A stretch of 63,994 nt of DNA, the filler included, from Reclinomonas americana ATCC 50394 (lineage: Eukaryota), in NCBI GenBank assembly GCA_048213135.1. It is 15 parts of 15 records of this genome, joined end to end, with 100 filler letters (N's around TTAATTAATTAA, not from the genome) between each part and the next. Parts side by side here need not be neighbours in the genome. Positions count along the whole stretch, not along the records: positions 9,220 to 19,540 come from AFZH01020044.1; 14 more parts are not named here. One strand, given 5' to 3'. Shown here piece after piece: positions 9,120-18,589 of the stretch (the first letter of the stretch is position 1; every line of letters begins with the position of its first letter). The notes below the pieces were generated by a model. The model worked only from the letters and a program-made list of their open reading frames with translations. It did no database searches and was not told the DNA's origin. The position numbers and the translations under genes are program-made.

Positions 9120-9253
9120 NNNNNNNNNNNNNNNNNNNNNNNNNNNNNNNNNNNNNNNNNNNNTTAATTAATTAANNNNNNNNNNNNNNNNNNNNNNNNN
9201 NNNNNNNNNNNNNNNNNNNCCGCCCCCGGGCGGCTTTTCGCGTGGAAACATCC

Positions 9254-11395
9254 ATGACCGACCGGACCATCGCGCCGTTCCAGATCTCGACCGACGAGGA
9301 TTTCCGCTTCCAGTATGTCTGGGCGAACATGAGCATGGCGGGGCGCTCGCTGCGCGTCATTGTCAAGGAGCGGGCGACCAACACGGTCAGGGCGACGCTG
9401 ACGCTGGGCAACGGGCTGACCCTGACCGGAACGGACACTGTCACCGGCAGCGTGGCGCAGGCGACGTCAGCGGCCTGGCCGCGCGGCGAATACGAGGTCG
9501 ACCTGCACGATATCACCGGCGGCTCGAATACGCGCCTGGTCGGCGGCCGTGCGGTCCTCGATCACCCCGGAAATCTCGTCTACGGCGTGCGCGGCAACAA
9601 GGCGACCGTCACAATGACGGGCAACCAGGCGATCGTCACCGGCATCGGGGGGATCGGACCGCCGGGTCCCGCCAATGTCCTGACGATCGGCGATGTCGAG
9701 ACGCTCGAACCCGGCGAACCTGCCACCGCATCGATCAGCGGCACGGCGCCGAACCAGGTTCTGAATCTCGGCTTGCCGAAGGGGAATACCGGAACCGCCG
9801 CGACAGTGACCGTTGGCTCGACGACAACGGGCGCGCCAGGCAGCGACGCCGAGGTGGCGAACAGCGGCACATCAAGCGCCGCCGTCTTCGACTTTACCAT
9901 CCCCGCTGGTGTCAACGCCACGATCGAGATCGGCGATGTCACGACAGGGGCGCCAGGGAGTGCGGCTGATGTCACCAACTCCGGCACCGCGACCGCGGCC
10001 GTGCTCGATTTTACGATTCCGCGCGGCGATGAGGGCGAGGCAGCGACTATTGCCGTTGGCAGCGTGACGACAAGCCTCCCCGGCTCGAGCGCGACAGTGA
10101 CGAACAGCGGCACGTCTCTCAATGCCGTTCTGGATTTCGTCCTCCCGCGCGGCGATCAGGGGCCACCCGGGTCGGTCGTCGACGGCGACAAGGTGGGTAT
10201 TGTCGTCTCCGATGGCGGGACGTCATGGGCGGTCAAGCCCAAGCACATCACCTTCGCCAGGATGCAGGACATCGGCCAGAACGAGGTGATCGGCCGCGTG
10301 GCCTCCGGCACGGGCGAACCGAAGGCGCTCAGTTCCTCAGAGCAGCGAACCGCATCGGGGATCACCGGCCCCGGCAGCGCTGTCGTCACCGCGACCACTG
10401 TCTCCGATCAGCACCTTGCGCTCGGCCTGCGCCATGGTGTCGCCGCTTCTGCCTCTGCCGGCGCGCTGACCGTCGCCCTGAAGGATACGGCTGGCGCGGA
10501 CGCCACCGCGACGACGCCGGTGATCATGGGCTTCCGTTCCGCCACGGCGGGAAGCGGCACGCTGGTGCGCCAAGCCGTCACTGCGGCGCTCTCGCTGGTG
10601 CTCTCCTCCGGCTCGACCATGGGCGTTTCGGCGACCGGAACCGCTTTTGCGCTCTGGCTGGTCGCCTTTGATGACGCCGGCACGGTGCGCCTTGGTCTGA
10701 TCAACTGCGTCAACGGCAGCCACATCTATCCGCTTGGGTGCTATCCGATCGATAGCTCGACGGCTGAGGGCGGGGCTGGGGCGGCTGACAGTCCACACGT
10801 CTTCTACACCGCCGCGGCCGTGACGGCGAAGGCCTATGTCCCGCTGGCGCGACTCACATGGGAGAGCGGGCTCACCACGCTCGGCTCATGGACCGCACCG
10901 AGCCGGATCGAGCTCTGGCAGGCTGGCATGAAACTGCCCGGCGATGTCATCCAGCGCGCGCACAAGCTGAAGACCGACACATTCAGCGTCTCGAATACCA
11001 GCTACAACGATGTCACGGGTCTCGAGACGACGCTGACGCCGCGCAGCGCAGCCAATCTGTTCCGGGTCGAGGCAGTGCTGAACTACATCACCTCTGCCGG
11101 CGATACCTATGCCTGCCGGCTTCTGAGGAATGGGACGCAGGTTGGGGGAGGCGATGCCGCCGGCAGTAGACCTCAGGTTCTGTTCGGCGCCATGCGCACC
11201 ACGGACAGCGCCTCGTTGTCCAACAACAAGGCCACGGTGATCGACGCCCCTTACAGCGCTTCGGCAGTCACATACAAGCTTCAGGTCTACACGGGCGGCG
11301 GCACGCTCTACGTCAACCGCACCATCGTCGATACTAACAACACGACGGTCTATCGCGCCTCGAGCTCGATCGAGGTGCAGGAGCTGCTGACATGA
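9254..11395 (+). CDS. Tail fibre protein with four ~40-aa tandem repeats and short collagen-like triplets
   Basis: BppU-like N-terminus; repeats T(I/V)G.VTTG.PGS.A.VTNSGT...AVLDF.IP.G at about 9680-10160; beta-rich C-terminal domain. Confidence 0.88.
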   Translation: MTDRTIAPFQISTDEDFRFQYVWANMSMAGRSLRVIVKERATNTVRATLTLGNGLTLTGTDTVTGSVAQATSAAWPRGEYEVDLHDITGGSNTRLVGGRAVLDHPGNLVYGVRGNKATVTMTGNQAIVTGIGGIGPPGPANVLTIGDVETLEPGEPATASISGTAPNQVLNLGLPKGNTGTAATVTVGSTTTGAPGSDAEVANSGTSSAAVFDFTIPAGVNATIEIGDVTTGAPGSAADVTNSGTATAAVLDFTIPRGDEGEAATIAVGSVTTSLPGSSATVTNSGTSLNAVLDFVLPRGDQGPPGSVVDGDKVGIVVSDGGTSWAVKPKHITFARMQDIGQNEVIGRVASGTGEPKALSSSEQRTASGITGPGSAVVTATTVSDQHLALGLRHGVAASASAGALTVALKDTAGADATATTPVIMGFRSATAGSGTLVRQAVTAALSLVLSSGSTMGVSATGTAFALWLVAFDDAGTVRLGLINCVNGSHIYPLGCYPIDSSTAEGGAGAADSPHVFYTAAAVTAKAYVPLARLTWESGLTTLGSWTAPSRIELWQAGMKLPGDVIQRAHKLKTDTFSVSNTSYNDVTGLETTLTPRSAANLFRVEAVLNYITSAGDTYACRLLRNGTQVGGGDAAGSRPQVLFGAMRTTDSASLSNNKATVIDAPYSASAVTYKLQVYTGGGTLYVNRTIVDTNNTTVYRASSSIEVQELLT

Positions 11396-11778
11396 GCGAC
11401 ATCGCCCGCGCCCTCCAGAGCCTCGGCGCTACGAACTGGACGCTCGACGGCGACGACATCGCCGGCCTGACCTGGCTGAGCGGCGAGGCGCAGTTCACCG
11501 ACGAGCAGATCTTGACGGCGGCTGCGTCGCTCCGGCCGCTGCTGCCGCCGATCACGCGGCGCCAGTTGCGACTGACCCTGCTGGCGCATGGCCTGCTCGG
11601 TCAGATCGCGCCGTCGATCGCCGCGCTGCCGGAACCTGCCCGCTCGGTCGCGCTGATCGAATGGGAGGATGCGCGCGAGTACCAGCGGGAGCATCCGCTG
11701 CTCGGCCAGCTTGGCGCGGCACTCGGTCTGACGGACGAACAGATCGACGCAATGTGGGCCGAAGCAGCAGCGCGCTAA
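11392..11778 (+). CDS. Tail fibre assembly chaperone-like protein
   Basis: ITRRQLRLTL...IEWEDA...HPLL...LGLTDEQIDAMW motif; ATGA overlap with the fibre gene. Confidence 0.75.
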   Translation: MSDIARALQSLGATNWTLDGDDIAGLTWLSGEAQFTDEQILTAAASLRPLLPPITRRQLRLTLLAHGLLGQIAPSIAALPEPARSVALIEWEDAREYQREHPLLGQLGAALGLTDEQIDAMWAEAAAR

Positions 11779-11802
11779 GCCGGCCGCCACGGGAATTAAG
11801 CC

Positions 11803-11827
11803 GCCGCCTTCGGGCGGCCTTTTCTTT
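11803..11827 (+). terminator. Rho-independent terminator
   Basis: GCCGCC-TTCG-GGCGGC stem followed by CTTTTTCTTT. Confidence 0.85.
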
Positions 11828-11842
11828 GCCCGGAGTAATCTG

Positions 11843-12670
11843 ATGATCCCCAACGAGGTGCAAGCCGCGCTGGTCGCGCTCGGCTATTCGGTGTCGGTCG
11901 ACGGTGTGATCGGCCCGAAGACCAAGGAGTCGATCAAGGATTTCCAGCACCGGCATGGCTTGAAGGCCGATGGTGTCGCCGGGCCGAAGACCACCGCCAA
12001 GCTTCACGAACTGCTGGCGCGTGAGACGGTCGAAGAGCGGCCCGGCATCCTCACGACGGCTGTCATCAAGGCTGTGGCGCCGAAGGCGCGGGGCGATATC
12101 ATCGAGGCCCTGGTCGAGGCCGTGGCGCCATTTGCCGCTGTCGGCATCGTCACCAAGCTGCGGTCGGCACATTTCCTTGCCCAGATCTCGACCGAGACCG
12201 GAGGCCTCACCGCGCTGGAGGAGAGCCTCAACTACTCGGTCGACGGCCTGCTCAAGACCTTCTCGCGCAAGCGCATCACGAAGGCGCAGGCCGAAGCGCT
12301 CGGTCGCAAGCCGGGCCGCGCCGCAGATCAGGAAGCTATCGCGAACGTCCTCTATGGCGGAGCATGGGGCGAGGCGAACCTCGGCAACACCGAACCGGAC
12401 GACGGCTGGCGCTATCGCGGCGGTGGGCTGATGCAGACCACCGGGCGGGCGAATTATCGCCGTGCTGGGTTTGAGGCCAACCCTGAGGCGCTGCGCACGC
12501 CTGGCGGCGGTCTTAAGGCGGCGCTGACCTTCTGGTCGAACAACGATCTCAACCGCATTGCCGACCGCGACGACATTGTTGCGCTGCGCAAGGCGGTCAA
12601 TGGCGGCGCTAACGGGCTCGATGAAGCCAAGGGCTATCTGTCCAAGGCCAAGAAGGCACTGGGCATCTGA
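11843..12670 (+). CDS. Endolysin: N-terminal peptidoglycan-binding domain + GH19 catalytic domain
   Basis: VDGVIGPKT...FQ...GLKADGVAGPKT; AHFLAQISTETGG, DGWRYRGGGLMQTTGRANY. Confidence 0.93.
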   Translation: MIPNEVQAALVALGYSVSVDGVIGPKTKESIKDFQHRHGLKADGVAGPKTTAKLHELLARETVEERPGILTTAVIKAVAPKARGDIIEALVEAVAPFAAVGIVTKLRSAHFLAQISTETGGLTALEESLNYSVDGLLKTFSRKRITKAQAEALGRKPGRAADQEAIANVLYGGAWGEANLGNTEPDDGWRYRGGGLMQTTGRANYRRAGFEANPEALRTPGGGLKAALTFWSNNDLNRIADRDDIVALRKAVNGGANGLDEAKGYLSKAKKALGI

Positions 12671-12714
12671 TCCCGCCGGCGGCCGGGCCTGCCGCCATCC
12701 TCCGGAGCATCTCG

Positions 12715-13047
12715 ATGAACGATCCGATCAAGCTGCTCGTCAGCAGCCTTGCCGCGCCCGTGCGCATTCTGCTGATGGCGGCCTTCCTGCTGCTCGCCAA
12801 GATGGGCTGGTTCACCTGGCTGACGCCCGAGAACTATCATGAGCGCGTCAACCTGCTGATGGATTTCCTCGTTGTCGCCGTGCCGGCCGGCTATGCGGTA
12901 TGGGCCGGCTTCAAGGCTTGGCGCGAAAAGCAGCCTGTCGCCGTGATCTCCGCCGCTGCAGCGCTGCCGGAGGTGGCAAAGATCGTCACCACGCCGGAGA
13001 TCGCGGCGAAGGTCGACGATCCCGCCACTGTCGTCACGCGCGGCTGA
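12715..13047 (+). CDS. Holin-like membrane protein
   Basis: Two predicted TM helices immediately after the endolysin. Confidence 0.65.
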   Translation: MNDPIKLLVSSLAAPVRILLMAAFLLLAKMGWFTWLTPENYHERVNLLMDFLVVAVPAGYAVWAGFKAWREKQPVAVISAAAALPEVAKIVTTPEIAAKVDDPATVVTRG

Positions 13048-13060
13048 GCGGGAGGGCGCC

Positions 13061-13543
13061 ATGCCCCATCGCGACAAGCCGCTGCCGGTCCGGCTCTATC
13101 TCGGTATCCACGACCATTTCCCGGCCCGACGCTCGGAATGGGTCTTGGCCGGCATCCTGATCGCCTGGGGCTGGATTCTGTTGAAGCCGGCCGCTGCCTT
13201 CGCGGGGAACCCTGCATGGTCCCAGATGGCGGCGATGATGAGCGAGGACGCATGGGGCAGGCTCGCCATTGCGATCGGCGCCTTTCGGTTCATCGCACTG
13301 ATCATCAACGGCACCTTTGCTCGCACCTGGTACGGACGGTGGTCGCCGCATGTCAGGGCGCTGGCGAGCTTCCTCACCTGCTTTCTCTGGTTCCAGATCT
13401 CGTTCGGTCTGTGGAATTCCGATGCGGCGACGACTGGCCTTGCTGTGTATCCCGGCCTGCTTGTGCTCGACGCGATGAACATCGTCGCCGCGACACGTGA
13501 CGCGGGGAGCATGGACAAGGCCGTCTCTGATGACCGACCCTAG
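13061..13543 (+). CDS. Multi-pass membrane protein of the lysis cassette
   Basis: About four hydrophobic helices; GGGAGG SD. Confidence 0.75.
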   Translation: MPHRDKPLPVRLYLGIHDHFPARRSEWVLAGILIAWGWILLKPAAAFAGNPAWSQMAAMMSEDAWGRLAIAIGAFRFIALIINGTFARTWYGRWSPHVRALASFLTCFLWFQISFGLWNSDAATTGLAVYPGLLVLDAMNIVAATRDAGSMDKAVSDDRP

Positions 13544-13883
13544 CGCGCTCACTACCGAGAACATCATCGGCACGCTGATCGCTGGCATCGGCATCGGCAT
13601 CTATGCGCTGCGGGAGTACTTCAAAACCCGCAAAGCGCCGGCGACCGCGCAGAACGGCGACAGGGTCATTCCCGGCGTGACGATCGCCGACATGCAGCCG
13701 ATCCGCGAGCTCGCTGCGGAGCAGGCGCGCACGACCGCGGCCAATGAGCGGATCGCGGTCGCGGCCGAAGGGCTCTTCAAGCTGTTGCGCGACCAGGCGC
13801 AGGACGATGCGATCGAGGAGGAGGTCGAGCGCCGAATACGGCAGCGCGACGTCGATCGTCGCCGGCGCACGACGAGATCCTGA
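13530..13883 (+). CDS. Membrane-anchored coiled-coil protein (lysis region)
   Basis: N-terminal TM segment IIGTLIAGIGIGIYAL, then a helical tail; overlaps the upstream gene. Confidence 0.7.
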   Translation: MTDPSALTTENIIGTLIAGIGIGIYALREYFKTRKAPATAQNGDRVIPGVTIADMQPIRELAAEQARTTAANERIAVAAEGLFKLLRDQAQDDAIEEEVERRIRQRDVDRRRRTTRS

Positions 13884-13969
13884 ATTGCCGGGCTGACCGG
13901 CGATCGCCTGGCCGGCGTAACCGGCCGTCGAGTGGCTCCTGCCTCTCGGTTTGACGCCTCCCTGTTGAA

Positions 13970-14203
13970 CTAGCCGCCGGTCCCTTCATCGGGGCTGGCG
14001 GCTCTTTTGGCGTTTTCCTCATCGGTCAGCATGCGGGCTATCCGCTTGGCGAGGGCTTCGGCCTCTTCCTCTGACATGCGCTTTCGGATTGCGCGCTCGC
14101 TGTCATTGCCCTTGTCGAAGAAGACCGTGCAGATAGACGTGTCGTTCGCGTCCCTGATATTGAAGCTCTCGCCGTATCGGCCGATTTTGAGGGGCGTCTT
14201 CAT
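13970..14203 (-). CDS. Hypothetical protein
   Basis: 77-aa ORF with SD; ESFNIRDAND...EEAEALAKRIARML. Confidence 0.7.
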   Translation of the reverse strand: MKTPLKIGRYGESFNIRDANDTSICTVFFDKGNDSERAIRKRMSEEEAEALAKRIARMLTDEENAKRAASPDEGTGG

Positions 14204-14277
14204 CCCTTCAGTCTAAGGCCTCTCCTTGCCGGAGGCGAGGGTGGTCGTCTCTCCCCTGGCTGCGGAGCGGGCGCGGC

Positions 14278-15063
14278 TCATTGCGATTGCCCCTTGATCT
14301 CTCGGAGCTTTGTCGGCTCGACGATCTGTCCGTTGATTGCACGGTGTGACAGGCAGCCGTTCTCCGCGCGCATCGTGCCGTCAATGAACAGCTCTGAGCC
14401 TTCCTCCATGAAGCGGCCGATCTGCTCGGGGTTCGCCGCCAGGACCGAGACGATGAGGCCGGCCGTCTCCGACGCTCCTACGTTCGCTTGCCAGCCTACT
14501 GCCGCGGCCACCTCGGCTATGCATTGCACAACCTTTGGCGCCTCCACCGCCTGCGCGAGCTTGGCTTCGGCTGAGAGGGCGCGCTGACGCCAAAGATCCA
14601 AGCTGGCCTCCGCTGCTAGGTCTTCCTCCGCGTGTTGACCGATCTCCCGCTCCTTCGCCTCGAAGGCTGGGCGCATAAGGGCCAGGATCGCGCGGGCCAT
14701 CGGGTAGACGCGCAGATCGACCCAAGAGCCGCCATAGTACGCCGCGACACTGGTCTTCGTGTCGTCCTCGTTGATGGTCTGGAACCCCGTTCGATCGACG
14801 AAGTAAGCGATCAGGGTCCGCGCGATCGCCTCCTCGCTCGGCAGCCCAACCTGTGCACAGGTTGAGACCATATTCCCGGCGTCGGGAGAATGGTCCCCAC
14901 CCGAGCAATATGCAGGATCTGCATGGTGCTCTCCCGGCATCCCTGCGCCTGCGTCGGTCATTGGGAGCATAGGATCTTGCTCGGCCCGTCCGCAGTCGCA
15001 CTGATCGGGCGGGCAGGCGACGAAGCAGAGTCTTCCTGATGGCGGCCGTTTAGCGAGCTTCAT
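14278..15063 (-). CDS. Mosaic phage early (Ea/ead-like) protein
   Basis: Part of the coupled minus-strand operon; contains DHSPDAGNMV peptide and coiled coil. Confidence 0.65.
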   Translation of the reverse strand: MKLAKRPPSGRLCFVACPPDQCDCGRAEQDPMLPMTDAGAGMPGEHHADPAYCSGGDHSPDAGNMVSTCAQVGLPSEEAIARTLIAYFVDRTGFQTINEDDTKTSVAAYYGGSWVDLRVYPMARAILALMRPAFEAKEREIGQHAEEDLAAEASLDLWRQRALSAEAKLAQAVEAPKVVQCIAEVAAAVGWQANVGASETAGLIVSVLAANPEQIGRFMEEGSELFIDGTMRAENGCLSHRAINGQIVEPTKLREIKGQSQ

Positions 15064-15430
15064 CCTTCCCCTCCCGCGAGGCGCTCGGAGGCTCGGGGAG
15101 AGGGCGCCAGTGGGTGGGCTTGGCCTCGCCGGTCACATCAGCGATCAACTGCTCGGCATAGGTCCAGTAGCCATCGCTCCCGATTTCGGCGGCGTCATCC
15201 GCGTCATAGGATTGCCAGAGCATCGCGACAGGCCACGCCTCCTCAGGCCCGGTCCCGAGAAAAATCTCGCCATCCTTCGGCGCGCTCGCGATATCGCGCC
15301 ACCCGTCCGCCCCCTTCTGCTTGGCGGATTCGTAGGCGAGGCGTGCAGCCTCGAAACCTGCTGCCCACGCGTCAGCCTGTTCTGAGCCGTACCAGCACGG
15401 GGCATCGTTCGCGCCCTTCTCATCGATCAT
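15050..15430 (-). CDS. DUF551-like phage protein
   Basis: GWRDIASAPKDG...PTHWRPLPEPP signature. Confidence 0.85.
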   Translation of the reverse strand: MIDEKGANDAPCWYGSEQADAWAAGFEAARLAYESAKQKGADGWRDIASAPKDGEIFLGTGPEEAWPVAMLWQSYDADDAAEIGSDGYWTYAEQLIADVTGEAKPTHWRPLPEPPSASREGKDEAR

Positions 15431-15812
15431 GCTGCGTCTCCAGTGCTCTGAGCAGGCCAGCGAGCGCTGCCCGGCAGATCTGCGGCCCGTTCGGCTCGTC
15501 CGGTCGCCAGCCGCGCTGCATCATTTCGTCGATGCACCCGGCCAGAAAATCGGCTGCCGAGATGTCGGGTAGCTCTGACCGCTTCGCCTCGATCAGAGCG
15601 AGGACGGCGTCGAGGGAGCCGGTGACGTTGAAGGGCTCTTCGTATTCGGGGTTGCTCGCGGTCAGTGAGCCATCGGGACGGCGCCAGCGCAGCCCTTGGG
15701 GCAAACCGGTTTCGATCGACCAGCCAAGGGCGAGCGCAATGTCCTTGTTCAACTCATTGTCGTAGCCCGTCCCGCTCTCCACGCGCTCTATCAGCTCTTC
15801 CAGGTCAGCCAT
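15420..15812 (-). CDS. Phage early hypothetical protein (ABA-sandwich-like)
   Basis: ELIERVE..TG.DNELNKDIALALGW...TGSLDAVLALIE. Confidence 0.7.
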   Translation of the reverse strand: MADLEELIERVESGTGYDNELNKDIALALGWSIETGLPQGLRWRRPDGSLTASNPEYEEPFNVTGSLDAVLALIEAKRSELPDISAADFLAGCIDEMMQRGWRPDEPNGPQICRAALAGLLRALETQHDR

Positions 15813-16173
15813 GGGTGGTGTCCTTCTGGAGAGCGGCGCGAGCGGAGCGGAGCAGCCTGAGACGCCTCGTCGCTTCGCGCATGCTGATGTGCGATCCGAG
15901 CAGGTAGTCGTAGCTTTCGAGCAGGCCCGCCACCGAGTAGCGGATGCTTTCGGGGTTGCCGTATCGCATGACCCACTCCGGGCCGCCCTCCTCGAACGAC
16001 TGCGGATTGATGATCGAGGCGAAAGCTCCGTCGCCCAGAGATACGGAGGCCGTCAGGCCATCGGCCGGGTGGCCCCCTGGCGTGTTGTCTATCACGCGGA
16101 AAGCGCCGGCTCTGGCGTACGCTCCGTTCGGGAACAGCGTGGAAACCCGGAAGGCTGTCATCTTCTCACGCAT
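15805..16173 (-). CDS. Hypothetical phage protein
   Basis: Overlapping start/stop coupling in the operon. Confidence 0.65.
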   Translation of the reverse strand: MREKMTAFRVSTLFPNGAYARAGAFRVIDNTPGGHPADGLTASVSLGDGAFASIINPQSFEEGGPEWVMRYGNPESIRYSVAGLLESYDYLLGSHISMREATRRLRLLRSARAALQKDTTHG

Positions 16174-16438
16174 CGGAGCCTCCGGGGCGGGTGGTGGGGC
16201 GGGCCAGCCGAAAAGGGTCCGGCCGCGGCGTGTACGGGCCGAACTCCGCGATCATGTCGGCTTCCCATTTGGCTCGGCGCCATTCGGCATCGAGCTCGGC
16301 TTCCTGCCAGTGTGGCCAGCAAAATCGGGGGCCGTTCTTGTGATGGCTGAATCCGGTCACGCCGCAAGTCCAGCATGTAGCTCCGACATACTTGCCGCCC
16401 GGCCAGTCGTGTTTCGGTTCAGCGGTCCATTTCGCCAT
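16166..16438 (-). CDS. Small Cys/His hypothetical protein
   Basis: MAKWTAE...CWTCG...CWPH; AGGGG SD. Confidence 0.6.
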   Translation of the reverse strand: MAKWTAEPKHDWPGGKYVGATCWTCGVTGFSHHKNGPRFCWPHWQEAELDAEWRRAKWEADMIAEFGPYTPRPDPFRLARPTTRPGGSDA

Positions 16439-16442
16439 CCCT

Positions 16443-16628
16443 CTACCCCTCCTCGCGTCTGGAAGGGTCGGAGAGGGGAGGGACATAGATCAGCGTCCAG
16501 CGCCATCCGCACCTCGGGCAGCAAAGCGACCCCCGGAAGGATTTGCAGCGATCCCGACGAAATGTGCCGCAACCTTGGCTGCACCGAAACTGGGCGCCCG
16601 GTTCGTATTCTGGCCAGCGCTCGCCCAT
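16443..16628 (-). CDS. Small zinc-finger protein
   Basis: CSQGC...CPRCG. Confidence 0.6.
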   Translation of the reverse strand: MGERWPEYEPGAQFRCSQGCGTFRRDRCKSFRGSLCCPRCGWRWTLIYVPPLSDPSRREEG

Positions 16629-16630
16629 CG

Positions 16631-17081
16631 TCACCGCTCCCCCTTCGCATCGGGGGCGGGGCCACGGCGCGGGCGCAGGTCGTCCGGGGCTCCGTTCTCC
16701 CGGTTGATATAGAATCCGTCCGTGTAGCCGCTGCCATCGTACCGCACGGGCCATTCGTCGGAGACGGTCACATTGAGGCCGTCGACGCCTCGGTCTTTCG
16801 AGATACCGACGACCCACAGCGGCACGCGAGCCCACTCGCCATAGCGAGACAGGAAGCTCTCTGACGCCTCGACCGGGTCGCCGATGCGTGGGTGCCAGTC
16901 GTCCACCCCCGCCGCAGGTGCTGGTGCGGCCGGGGAGGCGGCGAGGGCTGCGCGATAGCCGTGCATGAATGCTTCATAGACGTAGGTCGGTGGAACGCTC
17001 TCGCCCCAAAAGTCTCTTCCATTCTGTCCAAGCCGCCTCCACCCCGCCCCCATGCGCCTGCGTGTCGGTGTTCGTGGTCAT
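16631..17081 (-). pseudogene. Phage early protein with apparent 1-nt frameshift at 17004-17007
   Basis: ATG 17081 (ATGA overlap) gives MTTNTDTQAHGGGVEAAWTEWKRLLG, which continues sensibly as ESVPPTYVYEAFMHGYRAALAASP only if one G of GGGG is removed. Confidence 0.55.
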
Positions 17082-17356
17082 GGGCGGGTGTCCTTCCGGT
17101 CAAATTCGGCGCGGGTCTGGCCGGCCGTCAGCGCGCACCTCCGAGCCTGCTCGTGCGCGAGATCGGAGCCGGCTTCGCTGATAAACCAGGGGGCGATGAT
17201 CACGCCGCCTTCGCGGCCCTGCTCGATCTGGCCCGGTACGCCTTCAATCGACTTGAAGACGTAGGTGAGGATGGACCTCATCTGCCGAGGCGCGGCGACG
17301 ACAGCGGCCCACAGGAGCGCCTTGGCAATTCGGTCGCGGATGGTCAGTTCAGCCAT
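17078..17356 (-). CDS. Hypothetical phage protein
   Basis: MAELTIRDRIAKALLW...; GGAGAGGG SD; coupled to neighbours. Confidence 0.65.
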   Translation of the reverse strand: MAELTIRDRIAKALLWAAVVAAPRQMRSILTYVFKSIEGVPGQIEQGREGGVIIAPWFISEAGSDLAHEQARRCALTAGQTRAEFDRKDTRP

Positions 17357-17747
17357 CGCCCCTCTCCTTCGCGGTGGAGAGCGCGGCGTCGATGACAGCC
17401 AACTCACGCTCAGCGCTGGCCCAACCCTCAAGCCAGCCCTTGGCGGCCCTCAGCGCCTCCCGCAGCCTGTCCCTCTCTGCCTCTGCGGCGGTGGCGCGGC
17501 GTTGCTCTTTGAAGGTCGAGACTTTCCAGCGTTCGCGGCTGGCTTTGGTGTTCAGGTGGCTCCGGTGCACTCGCTCCAGTTCGGCGGCCTGCTGGGCGAT
17601 GAGGGCGGCGGCGCGTTGATCGAGAAGCCCGTCCACCCCGCTGTACTGGTAGTAGTTGCCGTGCATGCCGACATGGGCACGTTGGCGAGCCCTCAGCTCC
17701 GCCACCACCTTCTCTGCTGAGAGGTCAGACATCGGGGCGTCAGTCAT
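17349..17747 (-). CDS. Ead/Ea22-like coiled-coil phage protein
   Basis: MTDAPMSDLS...AAALIAQQAAELER...AEAERDRLREAL. Confidence 0.7.
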   Translation of the reverse strand: MTDAPMSDLSAEKVVAELRARQRAHVGMHGNYYQYSGVDGLLDQRAAALIAQQAAELERVHRSHLNTKASRERWKVSTFKEQRRATAAEAERDRLREALRAAKGWLEGWASAERELAVIDAALSTAKERGDG

Positions 17748-17937
17748 CGATGTTGCTCCTCTCGAACCAGTCGCGATCGAGCCTGCGACGCTCGTCGCGG
17801 TCCTCACGGAGATGATCGGGATCAGGCTCGTCGTCGCGGGAAAGCTCCCACGGGCACTCGCCACCGCCCTCGTCGAGCATTTCGCAGGAACGCGGGCTAT
17901 AGGCGCCGCAGATCGGGCACAGGTTCGTCTCGCTCAC
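17740..17937 (-). CDS. Small Cys-rich hypothetical protein
   Basis: CPICG...C...CPW; GGAGAG SD. Confidence 0.65.
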   Translation of the reverse strand: MSETNLCPICGAYSPRSCEMLDEGGGECPWELSRDDEPDPDHLREDRDERRRLDRDWFERSNIDD

Positions 17938-17962
17938 TTGCGCTCTCCTTGAGGGGTGGGGG

Positions 17963-18589
17963 TCATGCGGCTGCCCTCCGATGTGCGGACCTGGCCATGC
18001 TGATCAGGATGTCGCGGAAGGGCTCCGGCGTGGCGTTTCGGATGCGGGTTTTGTCCTTCCCGCCCACCATCGCCATCATTCCGATGCGGCGAGCCTTGGC
18101 GTAACCGTGCTTGGCGAGAGCAACTGGATGAATGCGCTGCTCGCCCGCGCCCCAGCGGAGGGACGGCAGTTCGACGCGGCTTGCATAGAGCCAGGTCGCC
18201 TTCCGCGAGAGATGGCCGTAGTGGCCCTGCTCGACATGAGCGGTCCAGCCCTCCTGGAAGTCTGCGGCGACCCAGCCGCCGGCCTTCGGAGGCTCTGCGA
18301 GGTCGAACGCGGCCCAGGCCTTTGAGTGCGCCGGATGTTCCAGGACGCCGCCCCAGCGGCGAACAGCGGCAAGAGCTGCCTCAAAGCAGCCAGCATCATC
18401 GCCAAGCTGATACTGATGCGGTTTGTTCGGCGCACCGTGCCAATAACGACCCCACCGCTGGCAGGGCGGATGCGCGACGACAGGCCACGGCCCGGCATAG
18501 AGACGGGCGTCTCGCGCCTCATCCCATGGGTCGACATCAGGGAGCCCGTAATAGGCGCCATCAGTCTCGACGAAGAGAGCGGCGATCAT
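17963..18589 (-). CDS. DNA cytosine-methyltransferase-like phage protein
   Basis: MIAALFVE...VVAHPPCQRW (PC catalytic-type motif)...GGVLEHP...VEQGHYGH...KATWLY...TPEPFRDILI; own GGAG SD and ATG at 18589. Confidence 0.65.
   Translation of the reverse strand: MIAALFVETDGAYYGLPDVDPWDEARDARLYAGPWPVVAHPPCQRWGRYWHGAPNKPHQYQLGDDAGCFEAALAAVRRWGGVLEHPAHSKAWAAFDLAEPPKAGGWVAADFQEGWTAHVEQGHYGHLSRKATWLYASRVELPSLRWGAGEQRIHPVALAKHGYAKARRIGMMAMVGGKDKTRIRNATPEPFRDILISMARSAHRRAAA

Noticed and set aside
15944..16864. 306-aa plus-strand ORF and similar long antisense ORFs (e.g. 18326-19414)
   Set aside because: Opposite to a coupled minus-strand operon in GC-rich DNA; no motifs
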